A stretch of 64,000 bases of DNA from Nannocystis bainbridge (GTDB lineage: Bacteria > Myxococcota_A > Polyangia > Nannocystales > Nannocystaceae), in the NCBI RefSeq assembly GCF_028368995.1, contig NZ_JAQNDL010000001.1:928001-992000 (forward strand). Direction: 5' to 3'. The notes beneath the pieces are model-generated. The model was given only the letters and a program-made list of their open reading frames with translations. It searched no databases and had not been told where the DNA came from. The first letter of the stretch is position 1, and every line of letters starts with the position of its first letter. This document shows, piece by piece, positions 1-9,718 of this stretch. Both the position numbers and the translations under genes were made by a program.

Positions 1-64
1 CAGGTCGTCGGCCTGCTGCCTGTCTCGGGGTCAGGTCCTCGGCCTGCTCCGCTGGACCCATGAC

Positions 65-136
65 CGCCTGTCCCTCGGGCCAGGTCGTCGAATTGCATCC
101 GCTGCGCCCGTGTCCGCCTGTCTTTAAGGACAGATC
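65..136. repeat. Degenerate 14-bp-period GACATGTC-family pairs
   Basis: cctgtc-N6-gccagg (cores 67/81) and cctgtc-N6-gacaga (cores 117/131). Confidence 0.5.
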
Positions 137-188
137 ACATTTCGCGCCACCGCCCGTAACGTCGCCGGCCCGGCGGCGTAGACGCGCC

Positions 189-632
189 ATGCCAGCCCGT
201 CGCTCCGTCCTCGCGGGGTTCTCCGTCCTCGCAGCGTGCAGCAACCAGAACCCCGAGAGCGCCGAGGCGCTGTGGGACGAGCTGGAGTCCGCCGACTACC
301 ACGCCTGGGCGCGCCCGCCGGGCTACGAGGCGCGCACTCCGAGCGCCACGGTCCACGGCGACGAGGTCGAGATCTTCATCAACGACGTGTTCGTCGAGGC
401 GCTCGCGGGCGGCCCGCTCGCCGCCTGGCCCGACGGCGCGATCGTGGTCAAGGACGGCTTCACCGCCGGCGTCCCGCACATCGTGGTCGCCATGCAGAAG
501 CGCGGTGACGCCTGGTTCTTCGCCGAGTACGAGACCGACGGCGAGGTCGTCTACTCGGGCGACCCGCACGCGTGCACCCGCTGCCACGACGACGGCGCCG
601 ACGGCATCCTCGCGTTCGCCCTGCCGGATTGA
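189..632 (+). CDS. Cytochrome P460/c'-beta family lipoprotein
   Basis: Lipobox LAAC; WPDGAIVVKD motif; W.FAEY; C-terminal CxxCH (CTRCH). Confidence 0.7.
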   Translation: MPARRSVLAGFSVLAACSNQNPESAEALWDELESADYHAWARPPGYEARTPSATVHGDEVEIFINDVFVEALAGGPLAAWPDGAIVVKDGFTAGVPHIVVAMQKRGDAWFFAEYETDGEVVYSGDPHACTRCHDDGADGILAFALPD

Positions 633-654
633 CCTGCTGCTCCGCGCCGCGACG

Positions 655-1581
655 TCACGCCGGACGCCGCAGCGCCGGCGCCGAAGTCTTGAGCGCCGCC
701 AGCAGGCCGCGCGCCGCCTCCTCGGCCTCGCGGCGCCACGCCATGCGCCACGGGCGGCGCAGCGGGCCCGAGGCCAGGCGCTTGACCACCAGATCGCCGC
801 GCCCGAGGTGCGGCCCGGCCATCCACTCCGACAGCACCGCCACCCCCATGCCTGCGCGGGCGACGTCGAGGATCGCCTCGGTGAGCGGCAGCCGCTGCGC
901 GCGGCGGGGCGGGCGGCCGCGGCCGAACACCCGCTGCAAGAACCACCGCGTCTCCGCCTCCGGCGTCTCGCTGGTGATCAGCCTCGCCTCCCGCAGATCG
1001 TCGCGTGACAGCGTCGGCTTGCGCGCCAGCGGGTGCGTCGGCGCGACCACGAACACGATCTCGTCGGCGAACAGCGGCTGCGTCCCGATCTCCCGCGGCA
1101 CCTCGCCAGTCGTCAGCAATGCCACGTCGAGCTTCCCGGCCACCAGCGCCTCGACCGGCGCGCGCGTATGCTCGACCGCCAGCGCGAACTCGAGGTTGGG
1201 CGAACGCGCGGCCAGCTGCGCCAGCGCCGACGGCAGCCAGTGATAGGCCGTGTAGCACTCGCACACCAGGCGCACGCGCGTCGGCCGGGTCGTCGGCGCC
1301 CGCACCTGCCGCTCGAGCTCGACCAGCTCGGCCAGCAGCTGCGTCGCCCCGCGCACCACCTGCTCGCCCGCCGCCGTCGCCTGCAGCCCCCGCGGCGAGC
1401 GCTCGAACAGTCGCGCCCCCAGCCGCGCCTCCGCGGCCAGCAGCGCCCGGCTGACCGCCGGCTGCGACAGGTGCAGCGCCCCGGCGGCCGCCGCCGTCGT
1501 GCCCGCCGCGGCCACGGCGAGGACCACCTGGAGGTCGCGCAGATCGAGCCGCGGGCGGGGAATGCTGGCAATGCGCGTCAC
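655..1581 (-). CDS. LysR family transcriptional regulator
   Basis: HTH AAGALHLSQPAVSRAL, LFERSPRGLQAT; divergent from GST. Confidence 0.95.
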   Translation of the reverse strand: MTRIASIPRPRLDLRDLQVVLAVAAAGTTAAAAGALHLSQPAVSRALLAAEARLGARLFERSPRGLQATAAGEQVVRGATQLLAELVELERQVRAPTTRPTRVRLVCECYTAYHWLPSALAQLAARSPNLEFALAVEHTRAPVEALVAGKLDVALLTTGEVPREIGTQPLFADEIVFVVAPTHPLARKPTLSRDDLREARLITSETPEAETRWFLQRVFGRGRPPRRAQRLPLTEAILDVARAGMGVAVLSEWMAGPHLGRGDLVVKRLASGPLRRPWRMAWRREAEEAARGLLAALKTSAPALRRPA

Positions 1582-1616
1582 GCATCGATTCTATACCGAG
1601 GATGCGTTGGACGCAT
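1571..1616. promoter_or_regulatory. Two putative LysR boxes ATGC-N7-GCAT (1571-1585, 1602-1616)
   Basis: T-N11-A palindromes 31 bp apart between divergent lysR and gst; the first overlaps the lysR start. Confidence 0.6.
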
Positions 1617-1643
1617 GCGTCCGCGTGCGTCATCCTGCCCGCC

Positions 1644-2312
1644 ATGCAGCTCTACGGTCTCCCCCTCTCCTGCTCCCTGGCCACGCGCATCGCCCTGCTC
1701 GAGGCCGGCGCGCCGTTCGAGTACGTCGAGGTCGACGGCCCCACCAAGCGCACCCTGGGCGGCGCCGACTACCGCGAGATCCACCCGCTCGGGCTCGTCC
1801 CCGCGCTGCGCACCGACGACGGCCAGATCGTGATCGAGAACGCCGCCGTGCTGCAGTACGTCGCCGACCTCCTGCCGGCCGCCGAGCTGGCGCCGCCCGC
1901 CGGCAGCCTCGAGCGGGTGCGCCTGCAGCAGTGGCTGGGCTTCATCGGCACCGAGCTGCACAAGGGCCTGTTCGCGCCCCTGTTCGCGCCCGACGTGCCT
2001 GAGGCCGTCCGCGCTTACGCGCTCGCGAAGGGCACCTCGCGCCTCGACTACGTGGCGCGTCACCTCGAAGGGCGCGAGTTCTTGCTCGACCGCTTCAGCG
2101 TCGCCGACGCCTACCTCGTCACCGTGCTGGCGTGGACGCTCGTGACCCCGATCGACCTCAAGCAGTGGCCCTCGCTGGCCGCCTACGCCAGGCGCCTGCA
2201 CGCGCGACCGAGCGTCGCCGCCGCGTTCCACGCCGAGCGCAAGCTGTACACCGAGGAGCTCGCACGCCACGGCAAGCCGCTGCCCGCGGCCCTGCGCCCC
2301 CGCGCCGACTGA
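1644..2312 (+). CDS. Glutathione S-transferase (beta class-like)
   Basis: SCSLATRIALLE, HPLGLVPAL, ENAAVLQY, FSVADAYL. Confidence 0.92.
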   Translation: MQLYGLPLSCSLATRIALLEAGAPFEYVEVDGPTKRTLGGADYREIHPLGLVPALRTDDGQIVIENAAVLQYVADLLPAAELAPPAGSLERVRLQQWLGFIGTELHKGLFAPLFAPDVPEAVRAYALAKGTSRLDYVARHLEGREFLLDRFSVADAYLVTVLAWTLVTPIDLKQWPSLAAYARRLHARPSVAAAFHAERKLYTEELARHGKPLPAALRPRAD

Positions 2313-2407
2313 CGCGCAGCCGGCGGTCGGCGCACGGCGAGTCCGCCGCGCTCGTTCGCCCACGCGAGCCCGCTCGCTACGTGCCAGAGCTCGCCCGCGA
2401 TCGACCA

Positions 2408-2429
2408 AAAATGGCCCGAAGGACAGGTC
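2408..2429. repeat. 14-bp-period pair
   Basis: aaatggc-ccgaag-gacaggtc, cores 2410/2424. Confidence 0.45.
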
Positions 2430-2566
2430 GCGCCCGCGCCGCGATCGGTCGCGCCCGCTGTGTGCCCGCGACCGCGGTCGAGATCACGACGAGCGACAGC
2501 TTCACCAGCGCAGCCCCCCGGCGATCCCGCATGCGAGCCCCGCTGCGGTTCGCCTAGATTGGCGCG

Positions 2567-3991
2567 ATGACTCGCATCGCCTCCCTGCTCTCGACCACCT
2601 GTTTCGCGCTGTTCGCCTGCCAGGACCCCGGCAACGGGAGCACCGAGACCGAGGCGACGAGCGACCCCTCGACCTCCACGAGCACCGCCGGGCCCACCAC
2701 CGACGCTGCCACCACCGACGTCGCCACCACCGACGTCGCCACCACCGAACAGCCGACGACCGAGGCGAGCACCACGACCTCGACCACCGACGACACCACC
2801 ACGCAGGGCGTCGACACTACCACCATCACGACTGACGACACCACCACCACCACGACTGACGGCACCACCACCACCACCACCACCACGGACGGCACCACCA
2901 CCACCACGACTGGCGACACCACCACCACCACCACCACCGGCGACACCGACACCGAGACCACCGGTGAGCCCTCGCCGTGGGACGGCGAGCCGTTGCCGGA
3001 CGCGCCGGACGGCGAGTGGCAGTGGGTCCCGTTCCCCGAGTCGCAGTGCAGGGATGGCAGCAGCGCCGGCATCGCCGTGCGCTACGGCTCCGGGCCCGGC
3101 CTCATGATCTATTTCCAGAGCGGCGGCGCCTGCTTCAACGCCGCCACGTGCAACCAGAACGCCAAGAGCTTCGGCATGGCGAGCTACAACAACTTCGTCC
3201 AGAACGCCGGCGGCGCTGGCATCTTCGACGACGACGCGCCCGAGAACCCGGTCGGCGACTGGAGCGTCGTGTTCGTGCCCTACTGCACCGGCGACGTCCA
3301 CGCTGGCGCCCAGCCCGACGTCGAGATCGACGGCATCGCCGGCACCCAGCAGTTCGTCGGCTACACCAACGTCACCCACTACTTGAACCGCGTCGTCCCG
3401 ACCTTCCTCGGCACCGCCGAGCACGTCCTCGTCACCGGCGAGAGCGCCGGCGGCTTCGGCTCCGCCTTCAACTACGACCGCATCGTCGAGGCCTTCCCCG
3501 ACCGGCCCGTCACCCTCCTCGACGACTCCGGCCCCGTCATGTCCGACGCGTTCATGTCCCCCTGCCTGCAGCAGCACTGGCGCGACATCTGGAACTTCGA
3601 GGCCACCTTGCCCGCCGATTGCGCCGAGTGCTTCCAGCCGGATGGTGGCGGGATCTCCAACATCATCCCCTACCTCGCCGCCAAGCATAGCGACCAGCGC
3701 CTCGGCCTCGTCTCGTCGCTGCAGGACCAGACCATCCGCTACTTCTTCGGCTTCGGCCTCGACGACTGCGCCGGCGGCCAGATGAGCGGCGCCACCTTCA
3801 CGGCCGGCCTCGCCGACCTGCGCGACGACTGGATGGAGGATCCGGCCGGCACGTGGGGCGCGTTCTATCTGGCCGGAAGCCAGCACACCTGGCTGACGCC
3901 GAGCTTCTACTCGGCCCAGACCGACGGCGTCCTGCTGCGCGAATGGGTCGCCGACCTCCTCGCCGGCACCGCGACCAACGTCGCACCGTGA
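2567..3991 (+). CDS. Pectinacetylesterase-family lipoprotein with Thr-rich linker
   Basis: Lipobox LFAC; poly-Thr; GGACF, PYCTGDVHAG, GESAGG nucleophile motif. Confidence 0.85.
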   Translation: MTRIASLLSTTCFALFACQDPGNGSTETEATSDPSTSTSTAGPTTDAATTDVATTDVATTEQPTTEASTTTSTTDDTTTQGVDTTTITTDDTTTTTTDGTTTTTTTTDGTTTTTTGDTTTTTTTGDTDTETTGEPSPWDGEPLPDAPDGEWQWVPFPESQCRDGSSAGIAVRYGSGPGLMIYFQSGGACFNAATCNQNAKSFGMASYNNFVQNAGGAGIFDDDAPENPVGDWSVVFVPYCTGDVHAGAQPDVEIDGIAGTQQFVGYTNVTHYLNRVVPTFLGTAEHVLVTGESAGGFGSAFNYDRIVEAFPDRPVTLLDDSGPVMSDAFMSPCLQQHWRDIWNFEATLPADCAECFQPDGGGISNIIPYLAAKHSDQRLGLVSSLQDQTIRYFFGFGLDDCAGGQMSGATFTAGLADLRDDWMEDPAGTWGAFYLAGSQHTWLTPSFYSAQTDGVLLREWVADLLAGTATNVAP

Positions 3992-4032
3992 CCCTCCCGC
4001 GACGCGCGGCACAACCTCCATGTGCATCTTCG

Positions 4033-4082
4033 GACATGCTCCCATGGACATGTCCTGATGCGCATGTCTCCTGGAACATGTC
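4033..4082. repeat. 14-bp-period GACATGTC array (4 units)
   Basis: CATG at 4035, 4049, 4063, 4077; convergent intergenic. Confidence 0.9.
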
Positions 4083-4111
4083 CTAAACGCGCGCGTCCCT
4101 GACCCCTGCGC

Positions 4112-5023
4112 TCACGGGGACCGGTCGAGCTTGTCGAGCTCCGCGAGCACGTCCCTCCGCAGGCCATCGCTGGCGGCCTGCCAGCGCTCCAGCAGCGCGG
4201 CCCGGCCCGGCTCGCCGCGCATCCCGTGAAGCGCGTAGGCCAGCGCCCACGTGATGCTCTTGCGATCGTCGCGCCACTTCAGCGAGCCCGCGATGCGCTC
4301 GATCGACGCCAGCGCCGCCGGCGGATCGAAGCGCCCCAGCTCCTTGACCCGGAACGCCGCGGCCCGGCGGTCGCCCCGCTTGAAGTCGTCGGCGAGGGCA
4401 CGCTCGACCAGGCCGAGCTTCACCGCGCGGAACTCCGCCTCCGTCACCGTCGGGCTGGTCGCCGGCGGCTTCGCCAGGAGGGCCGCGAGGCCGCCGTCCT
4501 CGAGCCGCGCGAACTCCTCGCCCGTCAGCCAATCGACGTCGTCGATCAGCAGCAGCGGCGTGTCGATCAGGCGCGCATCGGCCTCGGTGACGAGACGGAC
4601 CCGCATCGACGTGGCCGGGCGGCGCAGACCGGCGACGAACGCGTCGTCGTCGAGCGACGCCTCCAGCCAGTCCCAGAACGCCTCCTCGTCGCCGCCCGGG
4701 CCCATCGCCAAGGCGTCGGGGCGCGCCTCCATCGCGGTGAACCACAGCTCGAGCTCGCGGCCATGAAACGCCAGCAGCGCCGCGTCCGTCGGGCTCGTCC
4801 CGTCGAGGTAAGGGCCGAAATCACCGAGCGGGACCGGCGGCCTGGCTGTGCCCGAGCACGCCCACGCGAGCGCCCGGGCCTTGGCGTCCGCGAGCTTCTC
4901 CGCGAACACGACCGCCGGCTCGGCGGCGTTCGGCGCCGACGGCCGGACCACGCGGACCAGCAATGCGATGGCGCCCGGTGTGGCGGCGGGAAAGAAATAG
5001 AAGCGATCGTGGGCGATGCCCAT
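4112..5023 (-). CDS. Hypothetical protein (helical C-terminus)
   Basis: Long ORF with normal amino-acid composition; no family recognised. Confidence 0.65.
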   Translation of the reverse strand: MGIAHDRFYFFPAATPGAIALLVRVVRPSAPNAAEPAVVFAEKLADAKARALAWACSGTARPPVPLGDFGPYLDGTSPTDAALLAFHGRELELWFTAMEARPDALAMGPGGDEEAFWDWLEASLDDDAFVAGLRRPATSMRVRLVTEADARLIDTPLLLIDDVDWLTGEEFARLEDGGLAALLAKPPATSPTVTEAEFRAVKLGLVERALADDFKRGDRRAAAFRVKELGRFDPPAALASIERIAGSLKWRDDRKSITWALAYALHGMRGEPGRAALLERWQAASDGLRRDVLAELDKLDRSP

Positions 5024-5215
5024 GCGCGACGGTGCCACGACCTCGCCGGCCGCGACAAGCACGAGCGACGCAGCGCCGCTCGCCTCACGCGAGCGAAGCC
5101 GAGGGCTTCCCGGCCGCCAACATGCGGCCGGGAGCCCCTCGTCCGCGCTGCCACGAATGCGCGGACGCTCATGCCGGCGCCTGACGCGAACGTCAGGCCC
5201 GGCATCCAGGCGACA

Positions 5216-6637
5216 TCACGCCGCCCAGAGCGACGCCTTGCAGCGCTCGAACATCGCCGTGGCGATCGCCGGCCCTGGCACGCCGCACAGGCGCGACACC
5301 TCGGCGTCGGGCTCGGTGGTCGCCAGTGCGACCGTCATGCGCGCCAGCTCGGCGGCCTCGGCCGCGCGCACCCGCTCACGGGCCGCCTCGTCGAGCTGAC
5401 CGTAAAGCCAGGTCGCGACGTCCCACGCCAGCGCCGCGTGGTCCAGCTCGTCCTCGGCGATGGCGGCGAACAGCCGGCGCAGCGGCTCGTCCGCGGCCAC
5501 CGACGCCTGGTAGCGGGCCACCAGCGCGCCGAACGTCTCGCGCACGCAGCCCTCGACCGCGTTCTCGAGCGCCAGCGCCTCGAGCGAGCGCACCTCCGTC
5601 GGCACCTCGATGGCCGGCGAACCGCAGTCGGTCGCCGCCAGCCGCTCGCGCAGGCCCGCGAACCCGGCCGCGTGGCGGACCTCGTCGCGCGCCGCAGCCT
5701 CGGCGCGCTCGATCAGCGCCGCCGGGGCGCCGTGATGCGCCAGCTCGCAGGCCAGGCGCTCGAACGCCGGCACGCTGGCCGCCTCGAGGTGGTGCATCTC
5801 GTCGAGGTAGGCCACGAGCGCGCTGTCGGGGGTGCGCGGCGCCGGGCGGAAGCCCTCGGGGCGGCGGCCCGCGACCGCGCAGCCGTCGTCCGGCTTGGTA
5901 AGGTCGACCTCGGCCTGCGACGTCACCGCATCGCCCTTCACCGTCACCAGGTGGCCGTGGAATTGATTGAGGCACTCGTTGAAGTTCTTCTTCGCCAGCA
6001 GCTCGTAGCCGCCCTCGACCTCGCGCACCTTGCTGGCGTCGCACAGCGGCGCGTAGCCGTCGAGCGTGGTCAGGAACATCGCCTCGACCGGCGCGTCGAC
6101 GGTGCCGAAGAGCGCCACCAGCTCGGCGCGGGTGGTGATCGTCGTGACGTCGGCGCCAGACTGGGCCACCAGGTACGTCGAGGTCGGCATGCGCCCGGCC
6201 CCCGGCGGGAACAACGAGTTGGGCGAGGTCGCCTTGGCGAGCGCCTTGGTGCACGCCTTGGCGGTCTTCGGATCTTTGCAGCTGGCGCCGAAGCTGGCCA
6301 CCACCTGCGAGTTGAGCACCTTCCATTGCTCGCCCTTGTCCGGCTGCAGCTGCGAGACCCGCAGCTCGACGTAATCATAGGACTTGGCGAGCTTGGCCTC
6401 GCCGAAGCGGGCGACCAGCGCGGCCGGATCGCAGGTGTCGCCCGCGAACTCGGCGACCGCCGGCCCGGACGGCTGCGCCGGCGCGGGCGGCTCGGCGGGC
6501 TCGGCAGGCGGCTCGGCGGGCGTGCTGCTGTCGGTCGGCGCCGGCTCGGGCGGGATTGTCGAATTCTTCTCGCAGGCGGCCGAAGCCAGAGCGGCGACGA
6601 TCGACGCGGTGAACACGGAATGGAGGCGGTCTCGCAT
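5216..6637 (-). CDS. Lipoprotein with C-terminal ferritin-like di-iron domain
   Basis: Lipobox-like SAAC; EAASVPAF..DEVRHA..ENAVEGCVRET..DELDHA. Confidence 0.75.
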   Translation of the reverse strand: MRDRLHSVFTASIVAALASAACEKNSTIPPEPAPTDSSTPAEPPAEPAEPPAPAQPSGPAVAEFAGDTCDPAALVARFGEAKLAKSYDYVELRVSQLQPDKGEQWKVLNSQVVASFGASCKDPKTAKACTKALAKATSPNSLFPPGAGRMPTSTYLVAQSGADVTTITTRAELVALFGTVDAPVEAMFLTTLDGYAPLCDASKVREVEGGYELLAKKNFNECLNQFHGHLVTVKGDAVTSQAEVDLTKPDDGCAVAGRRPEGFRPAPRTPDSALVAYLDEMHHLEAASVPAFERLACELAHHGAPAALIERAEAAARDEVRHAAGFAGLRERLAATDCGSPAIEVPTEVRSLEALALENAVEGCVRETFGALVARYQASVAADEPLRRLFAAIAEDELDHAALAWDVATWLYGQLDEAARERVRAAEAAELARMTVALATTEPDAEVSRLCGVPGPAIATAMFERCKASLWAA

Positions 6638-6764
6638 GTGCCGGCAGGATAGCCGGCTCCGCGAGACGCGGGGGACGATCTGCCCCGGGAGCGAGCGGCG
6701 GGCGCGAACTCGGCCGATCCGGGCGGGCGCTGGCCTGCATCGCCGCTGCCCGCGCTTATCGCGG

Positions 6765-6786
6765 GACATGTGCGAAAGAACAGGTC
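6765..6786. repeat. 14-bp-period pair
   Basis: gacatgtg-cgaaag-aacaggtc. Confidence 0.55.
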
Positions 6787-6832
6787 GTGGTGACCGATCC
6801 GCGCCGCGGGGACTCGCGGCCCCGACCGGGGC

Positions 6833-7990
6833 TCACGCCGACTCCGGCGATTGCGACCAGCCGCCGTCGAGGTAGCCGCGGGCCACGCGGGTGACGAACT
6901 CGTGGACCGCCTGCTCGCGCGGCGCGAACACTCCGGGCCGAAAGCCGCGCGACGACACCCCGCGCTGCACGCTCTCGACCGCGCACCAATCCTGGCGATT
7001 GGTCATGTCCCAAAATTCCGTCGCATACGCGGGCGAGAACGACGGCGCCGCGATCGCCTCCGGGTGGAACAACCACTGACACTCGACGCGGGTGCGGTCC
7101 GGCGCCAGAGCCTCGAGCCGGTGCGTCAGCACGTAATCGGGGTGGAGGCTGATCAGCAGGTTGGCGCCGACCCCGTAATAAAACACGCTGCGTCGCTGCT
7201 CGGCGGACAGTCGCGGCAGCGGCAGGCCGCCGCTCTTGCCGTCGAACGACATCGTCTCGACCCCGGGCATGAGCTGCATCGGCCCGCCGATCCACGCCCC
7301 CGCGCCGGCGAAGTTGCGGCCGCTGGCGGGCGGGCTGACGCGGCACAGCTGCGGGTGGATCTGCGGGCAGTGGTAGCACTCGTGGTAGTTCTCGATCACG
7401 AGCTTCCAGTTGGCCGCCAGCTCGTACGTATGCGTCGCGGCCATCTGCAGCGATTCGAGCGTGTGTGCGGCGGTCAAGGCGTCGAGGTCGCCGAGCCATC
7501 GCTCGAGTGGCTCCGCCGTGCCGGACAGGTTGACGAACACGAACCCGCCCCACAGCGCCACGCGCACCGGCACCAGCCCGCGCGGCTCGGCCTCGCGTCG
7601 CTGGCCTCGCAGCGCCCCGTCGAGCCCGTAGACCCAGCCGTGATACGGGCAGCGGATCTGCCCGCCGTGCACGCACTCGCCGATCTGGACCAGCTCGTGG
7701 GCGCGGTGGCGGCACACGTTGAAGAAGCCGCGGAGCTCGCCGGCCCCGTCGCGCACCAGCAGCACGGCCTCGCGCCCGGCGCGGATCGCCCGCTGCGCGC
7801 CGATCGGCCCCAGCGCCTGAGCCCGGCCGACGCACACCCACGAATCGTCGAGGAACGCGCCGAGCTCCCACCGGTGCACGGCCGGCGACACGTACGCCTC
7901 GCTCGGCAGGCCCTCGCCCTCGCCGAACGGCCGCAGCACCCGCGCCAGCGCGGCGGGATCGACCGGAGCGACGCGCGCGGGAGCGTCCAT
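6833..7990 (-). CDS. Rieske oxygenase alpha subunit (choline/glycine-betaine monooxygenase-like)
   Basis: CRHR..CPYHGW Rieske motif; NWKL..ENYHECYHC..IH; QD Fe ligand. Confidence 0.9.
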   Translation of the reverse strand: MDAPARVAPVDPAALARVLRPFGEGEGLPSEAYVSPAVHRWELGAFLDDSWVCVGRAQALGPIGAQRAIRAGREAVLLVRDGAGELRGFFNVCRHRAHELVQIGECVHGGQIRCPYHGWVYGLDGALRGQRREAEPRGLVPVRVALWGGFVFVNLSGTAEPLERWLGDLDALTAAHTLESLQMAATHTYELAANWKLVIENYHECYHCPQIHPQLCRVSPPASGRNFAGAGAWIGGPMQLMPGVETMSFDGKSGGLPLPRLSAEQRRSVFYYGVGANLLISLHPDYVLTHRLEALAPDRTRVECQWLFHPEAIAAPSFSPAYATEFWDMTNRQDWCAVESVQRGVSSRGFRPGVFAPREQAVHEFVTRVARGYLDGGWSQSPESA

Positions 7991-8085
7991 CGCAGCTCAG
8001 GATAGTCGACGTCTTCGCCGCGGTCGAACCGACCTGCGCACTGCGGGCGCGACCGTCACGGCGGGCGATCGGTCCCGCGCCGGCG

Positions 8086-9540
8086 TCAACCTCGCTTGCC
8101 GCCGAAGCGGTGCGCGAACACCCCCGCGATCGCGAAGAACACGGTGTGCTGGTCGCGGGCGAGGCCGGGCCCGCCGTCCATGATCGCCGGGCCGCGGTAG
8201 AAGAACCCGTTCGCGCTGGTCGAGTGGTCGTAGCGATACTCGAGGCGCACGAGCAGGTTGTTGAACACGCGCACGTTGTTGGTGAACGCCGCCGACACCA
8301 GCGTCTGCGGCACGCCGAACATCCGCCCGTCGCGGTCCCAGAAGAACTCGGGCCGCAGCGCCATGTCCCACGTGCGCTGCTTGCCGAGCACGCGCCAGCG
8401 GGTGAACACCGCCCCGTTCATCCACATCTGCCACGGCGACAGCGGCAGGTCGGTGCGTGGGTCGGCGCCGACGTCGAACAGCGCGCCGACGCCGAAGCGC
8501 TCGGTGTTGTAGACCGCCTGCGTGTCCGAGAACAGCCGCCAGGCCCGCGCCCGCATATCGGCCTGCTCGGGCCCGATCCACACGTACTCGCCGAAGTTGA
8601 ACTTCTCGCTCGCGGTGAACGTGTAGCCGAGCATCACGCTCGGCGCCTTGTTGTTGTCGGCCAGCAGCTGCCAGCCGTTGACGATCCACAGCTGCACCTG
8701 ATGGCGATCGCGGATCGTCTGCGCCAGCTTCAGGCCCGAGAGGTAGTACGGCACGCTGTTGAGCTGCCAGGTGACCGTGTAGTTCCAGTTGTAAGGGCTC
8801 CAGTGGACGCCGATGCCGACCGGGCTCAGTTGCAGGCCGACCGTCACCTCGGTGCCGTGACGGGTGCGTAGGCCGATGTTGGCGCGCGACAGGTGCTTCC
8901 ACACCTCGGGCCCGGCGAACTTGCCGTTGGCGCCGCCGGGGTTCGGCTCGTAGGCCACCAGCGCGTCGGCGGCCGGGCCGCCCTGGGCCGCGAACTCGAA
9001 CAGCGGCGAGAACTTGCCGGGGATGGCGTCGCGGCGCACGTACGCGACCGCGTGGTTGAGCGTGAACTCGCCGGTCCGCGGCTGCACGCTGGTGCCGCGA
9101 TACACGTGGTTGTCGGGGTTGTTGCTGTTGTAGCCGTAGTTGACGTCGATGAAGCCGCCGACCTCCCACGGCTTGAAGCCGGGCAGGTGCGGGTCCATGT
9201 GCTCACCGGCCGCCAGCGCCGGGTTGTTGACCGCCGCCGCGTCGGTGCCCGGCAGCGCCTCCTCGACGCGGTCCTCCTCGGCCGGGAGGGTCGCAGGGTT
9301 CACCGGGCGCACGGGCGGCCTCGCGGGTCGCGAGGACGGCACGACGGGTGTCTCGCTCGCCGCGACACCCTTTGACGCCTCGCTCGCCGCGACGGGCCCC
9401 GCCTCGAACGTCGGCTCGGGCACCTCGATCGCCCGCGTCGGCGTCCACGGCGGCAGCGCCAGCGCCCCGCTCGTCGGCTCGCCCGGTGCGGCGAGCACGA
9501 GCGGGACGAGCGAGGCGAGGGCGGAGATCGTCGGGCTCAT
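8086..9540 (-). CDS. Outer-membrane beta-barrel (BBP2/OmpL-like porin)
   Basis: Signal peptide; GGFIDVNYGYN, PYYLSG, VNGW..DNNK, LEYRYD. Confidence 0.75.
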   Translation of the reverse strand: MSPTISALASLVPLVLAAPGEPTSGALALPPWTPTRAIEVPEPTFEAGPVAASEASKGVAASETPVVPSSRPARPPVRPVNPATLPAEEDRVEEALPGTDAAAVNNPALAAGEHMDPHLPGFKPWEVGGFIDVNYGYNSNNPDNHVYRGTSVQPRTGEFTLNHAVAYVRRDAIPGKFSPLFEFAAQGGPAADALVAYEPNPGGANGKFAGPEVWKHLSRANIGLRTRHGTEVTVGLQLSPVGIGVHWSPYNWNYTVTWQLNSVPYYLSGLKLAQTIRDRHQVQLWIVNGWQLLADNNKAPSVMLGYTFTASEKFNFGEYVWIGPEQADMRARAWRLFSDTQAVYNTERFGVGALFDVGADPRTDLPLSPWQMWMNGAVFTRWRVLGKQRTWDMALRPEFFWDRDGRMFGVPQTLVSAAFTNNVRVFNNLLVRLEYRYDHSTSANGFFYRGPAIMDGGPGLARDQHTVFFAIAGVFAHRFGGKRG

Positions 9541-9682
9541 GGCGGTCGCCGCCGCATTGTGCGGCCAGATCTCGCTCGAACGCCAATTCGTCGCCGACCG
9601 GGCCAGGCGCGCGCCTCTCGAGGCTTCGCGCGCCGGATCGCCCGCCGTCAGTCCGCGCGCCGCGCGAACCGCCGCCGGCTTT

Positions 9683-9718
9683 CACATGTCCCGAAGGACA
9701 GGTTCAAGCGAGCACGGG
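9683..9718. repeat. 14-bp-period array (3 units) at bioB stop
   Basis: cacatgtc-ccgaag-gacaggtt-caagcg-agcacg; cores 9685/9699/9713. Confidence 0.7.
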
